Positions 29,241 to 40,500 of a stretch of DNA of 64,000 nt are shown one piece after another. Under the pieces are notes generated by a model. That model saw nothing but the letters and a program-made list of their open reading frames with translations. It was not told the DNA's origin and did not search any database. The position numbers and the translations under genes were made by a program. The first letter of the stretch is position 1, and each line of letters begins with the position of its first letter. This stretch comes from a virus: positions 36,902-100,901 of the IMG/VR virus record IMGVR_UViG_3300043427_003273, one strand, 5' to 3'.

Positions 29241-32200
29241 TTAATTATTTGAAGTATAATTTTCATACTTTAATGGATTTATCCTCACAATTGATGGAGA
29301 AGAAGATATTCCAGATTCTCCGTTAATATATGCATCGAATGATATATTTTTAGTCCTTTTCAATTCAGACATTCTTCCCCAAGAGAAATCTCCAAAATAT
29401 TGGCCAAAAGTATATCCAGCTCCAATATTGCCAATAAATCCCCCACTAGGTACATCCAAATTATTATAACTTTCAACTGGGGTTACAACTCTAACAACTT
29501 CAGTCCTTCCAAATCCTACTACCAATCCAGGAACTTCTGTTCTTGCTATTGAAACCGAAGATACTTGGTATACTCCATCAATATATCTATCGCCCTCAAA
29601 TATTCTTATTGTTCCATCGTCTACATTTACAGAATTTATTCCAAAACCAGTCACTGCAGATCCAACATTTGATTTGCTGACTTTAAAATAATATCCAGGT
29701 TGAATTTGAGATTCTGTTATTGGAGATCCTAAAGTTTCATCTCTTAAATATGAATTCTCAGTAATATATAATTCAAATACAAAATTTTTATCAAACCCAT
29801 CTGGTGTTGGATTTTCAAAAATGTGAACTGCGCCAGAAGATGATTCCGAATTTGGATTTTCATCTCTTTCTGCACCAACTAATAAAGTACTGCCAGTTTT
29901 ATCTAAACAAACAAATCTACCAAATCCATCTGCAGCATCATTGGAATATTGTCCCTGCAAAATTGCAATTTCAATAAATGCATTTCCAGATCTATTAAAG
30001 ACATATGATCTACCTGAGGATTCATCTTGATACGCCCCAACTAAAAGAACTCTACCATTTGAACTTATATCAACAGAAGATCCAAAATAATCCCCACCAT
30101 CAATGGAAAGTGATCCTGTTACTTTTGCAGTTAATGAATAGTTTCCATTATTAATATCATAAATATAAACTACTCCAGAAGACAATGGATTTCCCACTTC
30201 TTCACCATTAATAGATCCAACTACGATAGTATTTTTCTCGTTTGCAATTGCAACTGAATTTCCAAAATCACTTCCAGAATCTGTTAGAGTTTCTGGTCTT
30301 AAAATATCAGTTTGCTGATAAGATCCGCCAATAAGTTTAAATACATAGGCTCTTCCGACATTATCAGTTCCAGCTTTTTCAGATCCAACAACTATAATAC
30401 TTCCGTCTGAATTTGTATCGACAGAACTTCCAAAATAATCGAGAGTTTGATCAGAAACACTGCCAAATAAAACTTGAAATTCTACAAATGTATTATCTTC
30501 TTGCTTTTTAAAGACATAAGTAATTCCAGATGCTGCTGGATTTCCTGCCGTTTTGCATCCAGCAACTAAGGTGCTTCCATCCTCACTCATTGCGAGAGAC
30601 CAAGAAACTTGTGCTGTACCAGTAGTCAAACTTCCCAATAAAGTACTAATTCCAATAAATGATAATCCACTACGTTCATAAACATATATTACACCGCCAT
30701 TGTTTACACTGTTAATATCTAATGTTTCATCTTGTCTAGCAGCAACTGCAATAATACCACCGTTCCCACTCATTGCAACAGACCATCCAAAATAGTCATC
30801 TTGATTTGAAGCATAAGTTCCAGTTAAAACTCCAACCTGAGTTATGGTACTTCCAGATTTATCATAAACATAGGCTAAACCGTAATCTATATTTGGATCT
30901 TCATTTTGCAATTCATCCCTATATGAACCAACTACAAATGTAGATCCATCACTTGATACTGCCATTCTACATCCATAAAAATCACTTAAATTTGATGCAT
31001 ATAATCCAGTAACAACTCCAACTGAAGAAATTGGTAACAAAGTTGAAGTAGTTCCAATACCAGTAACCCATCCAAAATCTCCTTCATATAAAACATCTTG
31101 AATTATTTCATACTTAATTGTCGGCGGTCCAATAAAAACAACTGGTTGGGTTCCTGATGTACTGTAACCATATCCAGGATTTGTTAATACTATAGAGTCT
31201 ACAGAACCATTTGAATCTATAGTACAAATAGCTTGAGCCCTTTCATTGGTGGTAGTTCCTATTCCAGTAAAGTTTGGATATGAAATTGAAATATCAGGTG
31301 CTTGGGAATACCCAGACCCTCCAGATTGTAAAGAAATGTTTGAGATTCTTAAATCTGAACCCAAACTAATAGTAGCATTTGCTTGAGTTTCTTGATCATT
31401 TGAAATAATTATAATATCATCCTGAGGATCTTTATTAACCCCAATGTTTTCATATTCATCGTCACTATCAAAAAATGTTTTTAAAGACTCAACGAAAATT
31501 GATTCAGTCGATCCAATCCCAACACTTTTTATAATTTGAGTTTTGGGATATATTTCTGGTTCGTAAGGCACTCTAGATTTTCCAATCACAACGCCATCAA
31601 CAACTTTATCAACCAATTGCTTACACCATTTGACAGATCTTAATAAATTAATATCTCCACTTACTCCAGGAGAAGAATATGAGTTTGTCTCTATAATATC
31701 AGTAGATCTTATATCAGTTACAGTTCTTGAATTTTGTTGCAATGAAAAATCTTGACTATTGAGTGTTACAAGATCGCCAATTTTTATTGTTTCTAAAATA
31801 TCAACTAGTCTAGTATCAACCTCAGTTGTTCCATAATAAAATACAATGACGCATTTATCTCCAGAGTTCGGAGCTTCTGAAAATGTAAATGTACTTCCAC
31901 CACTAAAAGTGTAAGATTGATTTGGAACTTGGTATATGTCATTAATAAAAATGAGCAAATTATATTCCAAGTTTAAAGTTGATCCTGGTCTTGCTCTTAA
32001 TGTAGTTTGAGTTCCTCCCAGTCTAAAAGGAAATTCTTTTCTCTTGCCATTAAATAATCTACTAATATTATCAAATACAACTAAATCACCAAATACATAT
32101 CCAGAAAATTCATCCGTAAAAGTTTGATCAACTATGATTTCAAATTCTTCAAATGTCGATCCTATTGATAAATCATAAACATATGCAACGCCAGATGTTC

Positions 32201-35200
32201 CTATTCCTGTTGTTGTTAATTCATCATATTGAGATCCGACAATAAAACTATTTTTATTTCCAGAAATTGCAACAGAAGTTGCAAAATTGTCATTTAAATT
32301 ATAAGCATAAGTTCCTGTTATAATCCCAACATTAGCATAATCGGATCCTAGATAATTTTTAGTCTTTCTTTCATAGACATAAGCAACTCCAGAAGAACTT
32401 GGTAAATTTATTGATTCATCATTTATGGATCCTATCACAACAACTTCACCATCATCACTAATCGATAGTGATGATCCAAAATCATCTCCAGATTGATTTG
32501 AATAAGTTCCCTGAAGTACTTGGATTAAATAATAAGATCCTAATATTTTTTCAAAAATATAAACCAATCCAGTTATATTTCCTCCAATTATAGAAGTATC
32601 ATCTTTTGCGCCAACCGCAATAATATTTCCATTTTTACTTACGTCTACTGAATAACCAAAATTATCTTGATTTTTTAATTCACTTAATTTTGGTGATGTT
32701 AATATTCCAACTTGATTTATTGACGCTCCAACCTTTTCAAATATATAAACTAATCCAAAATTATCAGATTGAACTCCAGTATCTTCATCTTCAGGAGCAC
32801 CAACTACAATATGACTTCCATCAGGACTAATGGCAACTGAAAAACCAAATCTATCTTCAAGAGAAGCATTTGATCCTTGTAATATTGCTATTTCATTAAA
32901 TGTTGGGCCAGCAACTTTTTCAAACACATATACAGAACCAACCCTTGCCGAAACTAAATTTGGATCTCTTGGCGATCCGACAACTATAAGATTCCCATCT
33001 GATGTAATATCAACATCCCATCCAAAATTGGAAAGTGATAATCCACTTAAACCTCCAGTAGAATTAGATCCTGTTAAAACTCCAACTTGGCTAAAAGTTG
33101 GACCAGAAGACCTTTCAAAAACATAGGCAGTTCCATAATTATTCACTATCCCCACTTTTTCATCTGAAGGAGCACCTACAACAATTAAGTTGCCAGTTCC
33201 GCTCATTGCAACAGAATAACCAAAATTATCATTAAGATCGTATGAATATTCTCCTGTTAAAATTCCAACCTGACTAAAACTATTACCAACTCTATCAAAT
33301 ACATATGCAACTCCAGAAGCAGTTCCAATTCCTAAGGAATTTAAAGCACTTCCTTCTCCAAATGGAGATCCTACAACCATCGTAGATCCATTTGAACTTA
33401 TTCCTACTGAAAAACCAAATCTATCATCATTTGAAGCGATTGATCCAGTAAATATGCCAATTGCTGTACTTATTCCATTAATTTGATTTGTAGAAAATGT
33501 TTGTACTCCTGTAACACCTCCTGTTGGTATCGTTAATATTTCACCTTGACCATAGGAGTATCCAGAAGATAATAATTCAAACTCCTTAATTTTTCCATCA
33601 TTTCCAATTCTAACATTTGCTTTTGCATAACTACCTATTCCTTGAACGGAATTTGAACTATAAACCAAACTTAAATTCTGATATGATAATGGATCATCAA
33701 AATTTAAATCCAAATCATCAAATCGATATATTTTAATCTCAGTCTTTGCTGACTTTAAAGATGGCAAAGGATCATTAATTTTTATTTGGCTTAGTTCTTC
33801 ATCTACAGATATAATTTTACTTAAAATAACATCTTCATCTATTGATACATAATCTTTATAGGTATCAATTCCAGCAACATTTCCCATGTTTAAAATTGTT
33901 GATCCAGATAAAGATCCTCCAGTTAAATTATAAGAAGTAAATAAATTAAATTGAGTAAATCCTATTCCAGTGTTTGTTATTTCAACATTTGTCACATGTC
34001 CATTTCTTATGCTTGAAACACCAATATGAATTGGACCTTTTTTTCTGGTGACATTTTTAACTAATCCACCACCAATGTATAGGTGATTTTGAGGTGCTTC
34101 ACCAACATCAAGAACAAAAGTATCTAATCCTATAGTTTCTAAAACTTCAAATTCATATCCAAATTTCCCAGATGGTAAAAGTATTGTAGCTAGTACAAAA
34201 GAACCAGATGAATTTGTTATTGTATAAGGTGGTGGAGGAATTAGAATTTCATTTACATCTACCTCAAATCCATTTGTAGATACATCAAAAGAAATTGGGG
34301 TATTGATAACAGTAAATCTCTTTTTATCTAATAAAGTTCCAGTATCATTAAATAAAACTAGTTCATTATTAAATAAAGTATTTTCTACATCTCCATCAGT
34401 TGTAAATGTTACAATTCCCGTTGAATATCTAGTTTGATTGATCGAATATTTTATTGGATTTTCTATAGATGGATTTGTACCTTCAAATGTATGTGGATAT
34501 ACATCTCCTGGGTCACTAAATCCAACATAAACTTCTACTGTGGTTGAAGTTACATCTAAAATTTCTAATAATTTATTGTATGCGGGATCTGTTTCTCTTG
34601 GATAATATGTTGTAATTGCTGGATTAAGAGTGCAAGAAAAACCTAATGATTCTGGCTCAATAAAAATATAATCACCAAAAGATACTTTAACTGGATTCGG
34701 TTTATCTGTATTAACACCAACAAAGGTATGCTGAGAAAGATCAGTACTTGTTCCTACGTTAACTTCAATAGTAGTTGATCCAATTGAAGTAATTGTTAAC
34801 AATGAATCACTTGCAGGATCTGTCAATCTTGGATAATACGTTACTGAAGAATTACCATCTAAAGTGCAAGTAAATCCAAGAGATTTTGATGAAAGAAGTA
34901 TTTTTTCTCCGATTTGTAGCGGATGTGTTGTATTTGTAATTGATAATGTAGATATTCCACTTGCAGGATCATAATCTGCATATAAAACATTGTAAGAATC
35001 ACTTGCAGAAAGTGAATGATTTCCTATTGTTAAAGTTGCTATTCCACTCGCAGGATCATAAGTTGCGGAGGTAAAGTTAATTGAATCAGATGTTAAAGTC
35101 GAATCTCCAACTCTTTCAAATGTATGTAAAGATGTATCAGATCCTCCAGATCCTACGTTCACTTCTATTTTAGTTGCAGTTGAAGTAATAACTCCTACTG

Positions 35201-37544
35201 TAAAGTTATAAGCAGGATCTCCAATCCTTGGATAATATGTTGTAGTTGAATTGCCATCAAGAGTGCAACTAAATCCCAAAGATTCTGGTTCTATAAAGAC
35301 CCTATCTCCAGTGGTCAACGAATGAATTCCTATGGTTAATGTTGAAATTCCAGATGTTGGGTCATAAGTTGCATTAGTGACACTAAAAAATTTATTATTA
35401 ACTACTATTGAATTTATTCCGACTCTTTGATTAAATGATCCATACGATTCTCCAAATTTTCCTCCACTGTCACAAGTATACTTAAAATCCCTAAGATCTA
35501 CTAATTCACCTTTAGCAACACTAAATCCTGGAGCAGTAATTGTTACAATACCTGTGGTATTTGTATAATCTGCTTCCGTTGCTGCAAATTGCTTTTCTCC
35601 GTTTAAGTATACATCAACAACACCAACATTTGGCTGAGTTACCGTAATATACGCAATATCTCCTATATTTGTTTGAATAATTCCTGGCGTAAATGTTTTA
35701 ATTGTTACGGCAGTATTATTTACGAATGATCCAGATGTTGGATTATCCAAAACAAGAATTTTATTAACAGCATCGACAGAAATAATCTTTTCATTTGTCG
35801 CCACTGATCCCAAAGTTAAATAAAAATCTTCAGAATTTGTATCAATTCCAACGTTAGTTCTTGGATCTATAATATTGGATACTTTTATTCTATCTGTAGA
35901 TGCCAAAGAAGTTTGGGTTGTATTTGTAGAATATAAGAAATTAAAACTACTGGAATCAAAAACTTCGGACCAAGCATCCAAACCAGATGAAATCTCCACA
36001 TAAGTATTTCCGACAGAAACTATTTCGGTGTATCCGTTATTTTCTATGTAGTTATTTCCTACACTATCTCTGACTGACAATGTGCATTTTGCAGTTGGAG
36101 AACCGTTTAAAAAATATTCTAATTTTTTAAATAATCCATTTTGATTATCAAGGAAAAACCTACCAGAAAATGCCCCAGGAATTCCAGCAGCAGTTGTTGG
36201 TTCATAGGTAGGAGATAAAATTCTTGTTTCTAATGTATAAGTTTCTGGAGATCTATATCCAGAACCAGTATATCCTATAAAAACAGATTCTACTGTTCCA
36301 GAATTGGAAATTTTTGCAGTTCCTCCTGCGGCAACTAATGGCTGATATCCAAATCCCTCATTAGTGCCAACAGATACAATGATTCCACCTCTAGGAATAG
36401 AAGCAGTGTTTATATCTTCTGGACTTGAATTTTTTTCCCCAGTAAAAGAAATAGTAGTAATTCCAGAACTTTCACCCAACCCATAATCAATAAAATCTGG
36501 TGTTTGAAAAACATTATTAATTAATATTAAAGCATTGCCTGTAGAAAATCCAGATACATTTTGCCCCTGTTGCTTTAATACCGCTTGAGTTGATATACCA
36601 AGAAATTGATTTGAAATATCATCTAATAAATAATTTCTATCATAAGGTCCGATATTACTATCTTCAAATCCAGATCTTAAAAATACTCTACCATCAAAAG
36701 TTGAAAATGTCTCAATACCGACATAATCTCTATCTAAAGGATTTTTTCTCTCAAGATCTGTAGTTGGAGATTTGTCAAATGGAGCAACTGGAAAATATAT
36801 TATATTGTCAACTATTTTATAGTTTCCAGTTAATTTTACTACAGCATCGCCAGCAGAATGCGATGCTAACCCAGTACCCAATAAAGGTCTTCTAACAATC
36901 ATTGATGTTGTATTTCCAACACCAAGCAAATTAATCCTCATTATTTCATTATTAACTCTAATAATATCACCATTAAAAAATGAAGTAATTCCTGCTACAA
37001 TTAAAAGATCACTACCAGAAGATAGATCTTCCAATAATTGTGTTTTAATTTCAGTATCAATTGCTGGAGTTTGTATTACGTTATCTATTGTAATTAAACT
37101 CCTTGTATTTTGCTTTTCCCCAATAAATTTATGAAACGTTCCAAACCCAACGGAGGTTAAATCAAAAACTTCTGGTATTCTTTTTAATGCCCTGTCTTTG
37201 GTCGCAGCAAGTTGAATAAATCTATCATTTAATACGACAGCATAAACTGTTTGCGGCAATTTTCTTATTGAATTTCCAACTCCAACAATAGTTGTTGTTG
37301 CTATTCCAATTGCAGCGTCAGAATCGTTAAAAAAATCTTCATATTGATAACTAATTTCTTCTCCTGTTCTGAAAAAGTGATTTGGGATTAATATTGTATC
37401 ATCAATAACATTAACAATATCATAACTATTTCCATCAAAAAACCTTTCAAAAATAGGATCGCCTTTATGCCTCAGTTCAGCACTAAGCTGAACATCAAAT
37501 CTTCTTCCAACGTAAAAACCAGAACCGCTATTGATGATTGGCAT
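29241..37544 (-). CDS. Giant baseplate-associated structural protein (2767 aa) with two FG-GAP-like 7-bladed propellers; probably the C-terminal half of cyanophage gp7-type giants
   Basis: 14 FGxSVxIS..G...VVG repeats; STFDGRVFLRSG, FGYQPLVAAGGTA, C-terminal GDFSWGR; between g7 and g8. Confidence 0.8.
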   Translation of the reverse strand: MPIINSGSGFYVGRRFDVQLSAELRHKGDPIFERFFDGNSYDIVNVIDDTILIPNHFFRTGEEISYQYEDFFNDSDAAIGIATTTIVGVGNSIRKLPQTVYAVVLNDRFIQLAATKDRALKRIPEVFDLTSVGFGTFHKFIGEKQNTRSLITIDNVIQTPAIDTEIKTQLLEDLSSGSDLLIVAGITSFFNGDIIRVNNEIMRINLLGVGNTTSMIVRRPLLGTGLASHSAGDAVVKLTGNYKIVDNIIYFPVAPFDKSPTTDLERKNPLDRDYVGIETFSTFDGRVFLRSGFEDSNIGPYDRNYLLDDISNQFLGISTQAVLKQQGQNVSGFSTGNALILINNVFQTPDFIDYGLGESSGITTISFTGEKNSSPEDINTASIPRGGIIVSVGTNEGFGYQPLVAAGGTAKISNSGTVESVFIGYTGSGYRSPETYTLETRILSPTYEPTTAAGIPGAFSGRFFLDNQNGLFKKLEYFLNGSPTAKCTLSVRDSVGNNYIENNGYTEIVSVGNTYVEISSGLDAWSEVFDSSSFNFLYSTNTTQTSLASTDRIKVSNIIDPRTNVGIDTNSEDFYLTLGSVATNEKIISVDAVNKILVLDNPTSGSFVNNTAVTIKTFTPGIIQTNIGDIAYITVTQPNVGVVDVYLNGEKQFAATEADYTNTTGIVTITAPGFSVAKGELVDLRDFKYTCDSGGKFGESYGSFNQRVGINSIVVNNKFFSVTNATYDPTSGISTLTIGIHSLTTGDRVFIEPESLGFSCTLDGNSTTTYYPRIGDPAYNFTVGVITSTATKIEVNVGSGGSDTSLHTFERVGDSTLTSDSINFTSATYDPASGIATLTIGNHSLSASDSYNVLYADYDPASGISTLSITNTTHPLQIGEKILLSSKSLGFTCTLDGNSSVTYYPRLTDPASDSLLTITSIGSTTIEVNVGTSTDLSQHTFVGVNTDKPNPVKVSFGDYIFIEPESLGFSCTLNPAITTYYPRETDPAYNKLLEILDVTSTTVEVYVGFSDPGDVYPHTFEGTNPSIENPIKYSINQTRYSTGIVTFTTDGDVENTLFNNELVLFNDTGTLLDKKRFTVINTPISFDVSTNGFEVDVNEILIPPPPYTITNSSGSFVLATILLPSGKFGYEFEVLETIGLDTFVLDVGEAPQNHLYIGGGLVKNVTRKKGPIHIGVSSIRNGHVTNVEITNTGIGFTQFNLFTSYNLTGGSLSGSTILNMGNVAGIDTYKDYVSIDEDVILSKIISVDEELSQIKINDPLPSLKSAKTEIKIYRFDDLDLNFDDPLSYQNLSLVYSSNSVQGIGSYAKANVRIGNDGKIKEFELLSSGYSYGQGEILTIPTGGVTGVQTFSTNQINGISTAIGIFTGSIASNDDRFGFSVGISSNGSTMVVGSPFGEGSALNSLGIGTASGVAYVFDRVGNSFSQVGILTGEYSYDLNDNFGYSVAMSGTGNLIVVGAPSDEKVGIVNNYGTAYVFERSSGPTFSQVGVLTGSNSTGGLSGLSLSNFGWDVDITSDGNLIVVGSPRDPNLVSARVGSVYVFEKVAGPTFNEIAILQGSNASLEDRFGFSVAISPDGSHIVVGAPEDEDTGVQSDNFGLVYIFEKVGASINQVGILTSPKLSELKNQDNFGYSVDVSKNGNIIAVGAKDDTSIIGGNITGLVYIFEKILGSYYLIQVLQGTYSNQSGDDFGSSLSISDDGEVVVIGSINDESINLPSSSGVAYVYERKTKNYLGSDYANVGIITGTYAYNLNDNFATSVAISGNKNSFIVGSQYDELTTTGIGTSGVAYVYDLSIGSTFEEFEIIVDQTFTDEFSGYVFGDLVVFDNISRLFNGKRKEFPFRLGGTQTTLRARPGSTLNLEYNLLIFINDIYQVPNQSYTFSGGSTFTFSEAPNSGDKCVIVFYYGTTEVDTRLVDILETIKIGDLVTLNSQDFSLQQNSRTVTDIRSTDIIETNSYSSPGVSGDINLLRSVKWCKQLVDKVVDGVVIGKSRVPYEPEIYPKTQIIKSVGIGSTESIFVESLKTFFDSDDEYENIGVNKDPQDDIIIISNDQETQANATISLGSDLRISNISLQSGGSGYSQAPDISISYPNFTGIGTTTNERAQAICTIDSNGSVDSIVLTNPGYGYSTSGTQPVVFIGPPTIKYEIIQDVLYEGDFGWVTGIGTTSTLLPISSVGVVTGLYASNLSDFYGCRMAVSSDGSTFVVGSYRDELQNEDPNIDYGLAYVYDKSGSTITQVGVLTGTYASNQDDYFGWSVAMSGNGGIIAVAARQDETLDINSVNNGGVIYVYERSGLSFIGISTLLGSLTTGTAQVSWSLAMSEDGSTLVAGCKTAGNPAASGITYVFKKQEDNTFVEFQVLFGSVSDQTLDYFGSSVDTNSDGSIIVVGSEKAGTDNVGRAYVFKLIGGSYQQTDILRPETLTDSGSDFGNSVAIANEKNTIVVGSINGEEVGNPLSSGVVYIYDINNGNYSLTAKVTGSLSIDGGDYFGSSVDISSNGRVLLVGAYQDESSGRSYVFNRSGNAFIEIAILQGQYSNDAADGFGRFVCLDKTGSTLLVGAERDENPNSESSSGAVHIFENPTPDGFDKNFVFELYITENSYLRDETLGSPITESQIQPGYYFKVSKSNVGSAVTGFGINSVNVDDGTIRIFEGDRYIDGVYQVSSVSIARTEVPGLVVGFGRTEVVRVVTPVESYNNLDVPSGGFIGNIGAGYTFGQYFGDFSWGRMSELKRTKNISFDAYINGESGISSSPSIVRINPLKYENYTSNN

Positions 37545-37561
37545 TTTATTTGTTTAATTTA

Positions 37562-40500
37562 TTAGAGACGACCTACATTAACTTGGAATGCATTTATAGT
37601 ATATTCTACCAATGGAGATGGGGTGAACAGTAATTGAGTATTTCCACCGAGCAAACGACTTGAAAATTCTCCGACTCCCACTGTACCAATTCCAGCTGAT
37701 GGGCTAATTTTAACAACCCCATACTCACTAAGATATGAATTTCTAGTATTTGAAGTTAGTTGCATTTCAGATGCTTTATATTCTTTATTTATTGGTCTTG
37801 TTGACCTTGTGCTTGAGAATCCAAGTAAAACTTCCTCATCATTAACTGTGTCATTAATAATGAGAGCAAATGGTTGATTCGATTCAAACTTCCAAATATT
37901 AGATCCAGATCCAAGATCTGCTGCAGTTCCATCCATAAGTGTTCCCCAAATCCCAAATCCAGTAGTTCCATCTCTTTGAGTAATTTTTGGATCATTAAAA
38001 GATCCACCACTTAAATTGTGTGATTCTCCCAATACCCAAGAAGATCCATTCCAATAAGAAACATTAACAAATGTATTTGGATAAGGTGCGGCGATCACAT
38101 AATCAGATAATGTGTTTCCCCAAGAATAAGTATCTGATAGATTATCCAATAAAATTCCCTGTAAAGCATCACTTCCAGCACCGTCACTTTGTCTAATTGC
38201 AATAATAGGAGATGCATCATAAACTCCAGATGTAGTTATTCCAGCAGATGCTCCAGATGGGAAAGTATTATATGCCGTCCTCTGCCTTTCAGTCGATGGA
38301 ACTATTAATGAATTTGGATAATACTTATAATTTATTGTTCCTATTCCAGTTATGCATGGTGATAGAATTGTTTTATCATTTCCAGAAGTTCCACCTGGAC
38401 CCAAAACTGTCATTATAACTGGCAAATCGGAATCGAAAAATACCCAACTACCTAAAGATGATGTTGTAAGAATTCCAGATTGGTATGAATTCAATGTTAT
38501 TGATGTTGATGCAATTCCAGCAATTCCATTTGGAGAATTATCATAAAGCCTAATCTCAGTGCTACCAAAAGGTGCATAAGCAAAGAATGTTGTTATTCCT
38601 GGAGTAAATCCTCTATCCGCTACGAAATGTCCAAAAGTTGTTGATGCATAAGATACTGGAGCAATAGAATGTTGAGATCCTTCATTCATAAAGTGAACTC
38701 CTTTTGATCCAAAGTATCGATATCCAGATGTAATTCCTACGGATCCACTTTCTGGATCAGTAGATGAAGTTGTTAAAATGCTAGTCACATAACCTTCTGG
38801 AGTAATTTCAAAAATTTCAGTTTCTGGGAATATTGCCGAATATGTTACAGACGCATCTTCAAAAGCATACCAATCAGAAATTCCATGATCTCTTGCTCCA
38901 ACATTATATGGAGTTACTAATCCCGTTTGGATACCAACAACGTTTACGAACAAATAAGAACATTTATATTGCTGTGAAAATTGAGTTGCTAAAACTGGTT
39001 GAGGAATTTCTGTGGATATTCCAGAAATTGTAAACGAAGTAACTTGTCCCGTTTCAAAAGATAATGCTCCTGTAGTTGATGATATATCTTCATTTGAAAC
39101 TGAAGTAGTTATTGTTTTTATATCATAGTCCTGAGTTAAATTTTCATATGGAGTCATAATTACATTAAGAGATGATCCATCAGAACTCATCTCACATGTG
39201 TATGAACATATTCCTAATACTGATTCGTTATTTAAATCTGAGGTCGTTAATTCTCCAAATTCAGACAAAACAGTATTGCCAAAATCATCATGCATAACTG
39301 TTATTTCATTAAGTTCAAAATAATCTCTATTTACTGAAGATACTTGTAATAATACTTTACTAGATCTAAAAGTAGATCCTATTCCAACTACTGTAGTTCC
39401 TACTCCTTGGGATGTCCCCGAGGTTAAAATTCCAATTTGATTATAAACATAAGAAATATCACCAAATCCCAATTCTTCAATATCGGTTGGATCATCTGTC
39501 AACTCAAAAACAACAAAATCAATAATAAAATTATTAACTTCATCTTTTGCGGGATAAAACTGCAATACTTGCTGCTCTCCAACAATTATGGATTCAAAAT
39601 ATGCCATATCATAATTTGTCTCAACTCTTCCATATTGGCCAACGTAGACATTTTCATCATCATGAAGAGTTGTAAGTATTTGCATTTGTCTGTCATCAGT
39701 AAATCTCCTATCTTGGATATAGAAGAATGTTTTTTTAGATCTAATTTCTGTCGAATCTGATCTTGCAACTACTGAAAAATTAGTTTCTCTTGGTAAAGCA
39801 TTGAAATTTTTACTAATGTCATCTATAGGAAGAACTCTATTTGATATTGATTCAATATAATCTTGTAAAATTCTTGAATTAAAAATAATTTCATTTGATT
39901 TTAAGGGATTTCCAAAAGTTACTTCCCTAGCCAAGTCAAAATCATAAACACAATTAACACTAACTTCTGATATAATATCACTTATGCCAAACGAAATTGC
40001 TTCTTGAGATGTTGATATTCCAGAATAGGATATTGGAAGTGATTCTAGTTCTAATTCTGAAAATCTCTTGAATCCTGCAGTATGGTTTAAAGAACCAACA
40101 TCATCATTCCATTTATCTATAGAAACCTTACTCTTCAACGCGTATGAGAAGTATTGATAATAGTCATTATCATGTATTCTTTGAAGATCAAAGTTTAACT
40201 TGCCAGTATCTAATCCCCATCCAGTTGTAACTATTGAACTATCTGCAATATTATATCCAGCATCAAAATCTATTTTATTCAGTAAAATTGCTTTTGTTTT
40301 TGAAGTTTGGCCAATAATTGTATCGCCGACATTAAAGACTATAGTTTCTGCAATTTTCAAATAGTCATTAGCACTATCCCATTGCTCAACTATACCTATT
40401 GAAGTTCCATCTTCAGTAATTAATTCTTCATCTTGAATAAAGTTATTTTTTTCAAGCACTGTAGAATATATTGGAAAATATTTTACTGGAACAACTCTAG

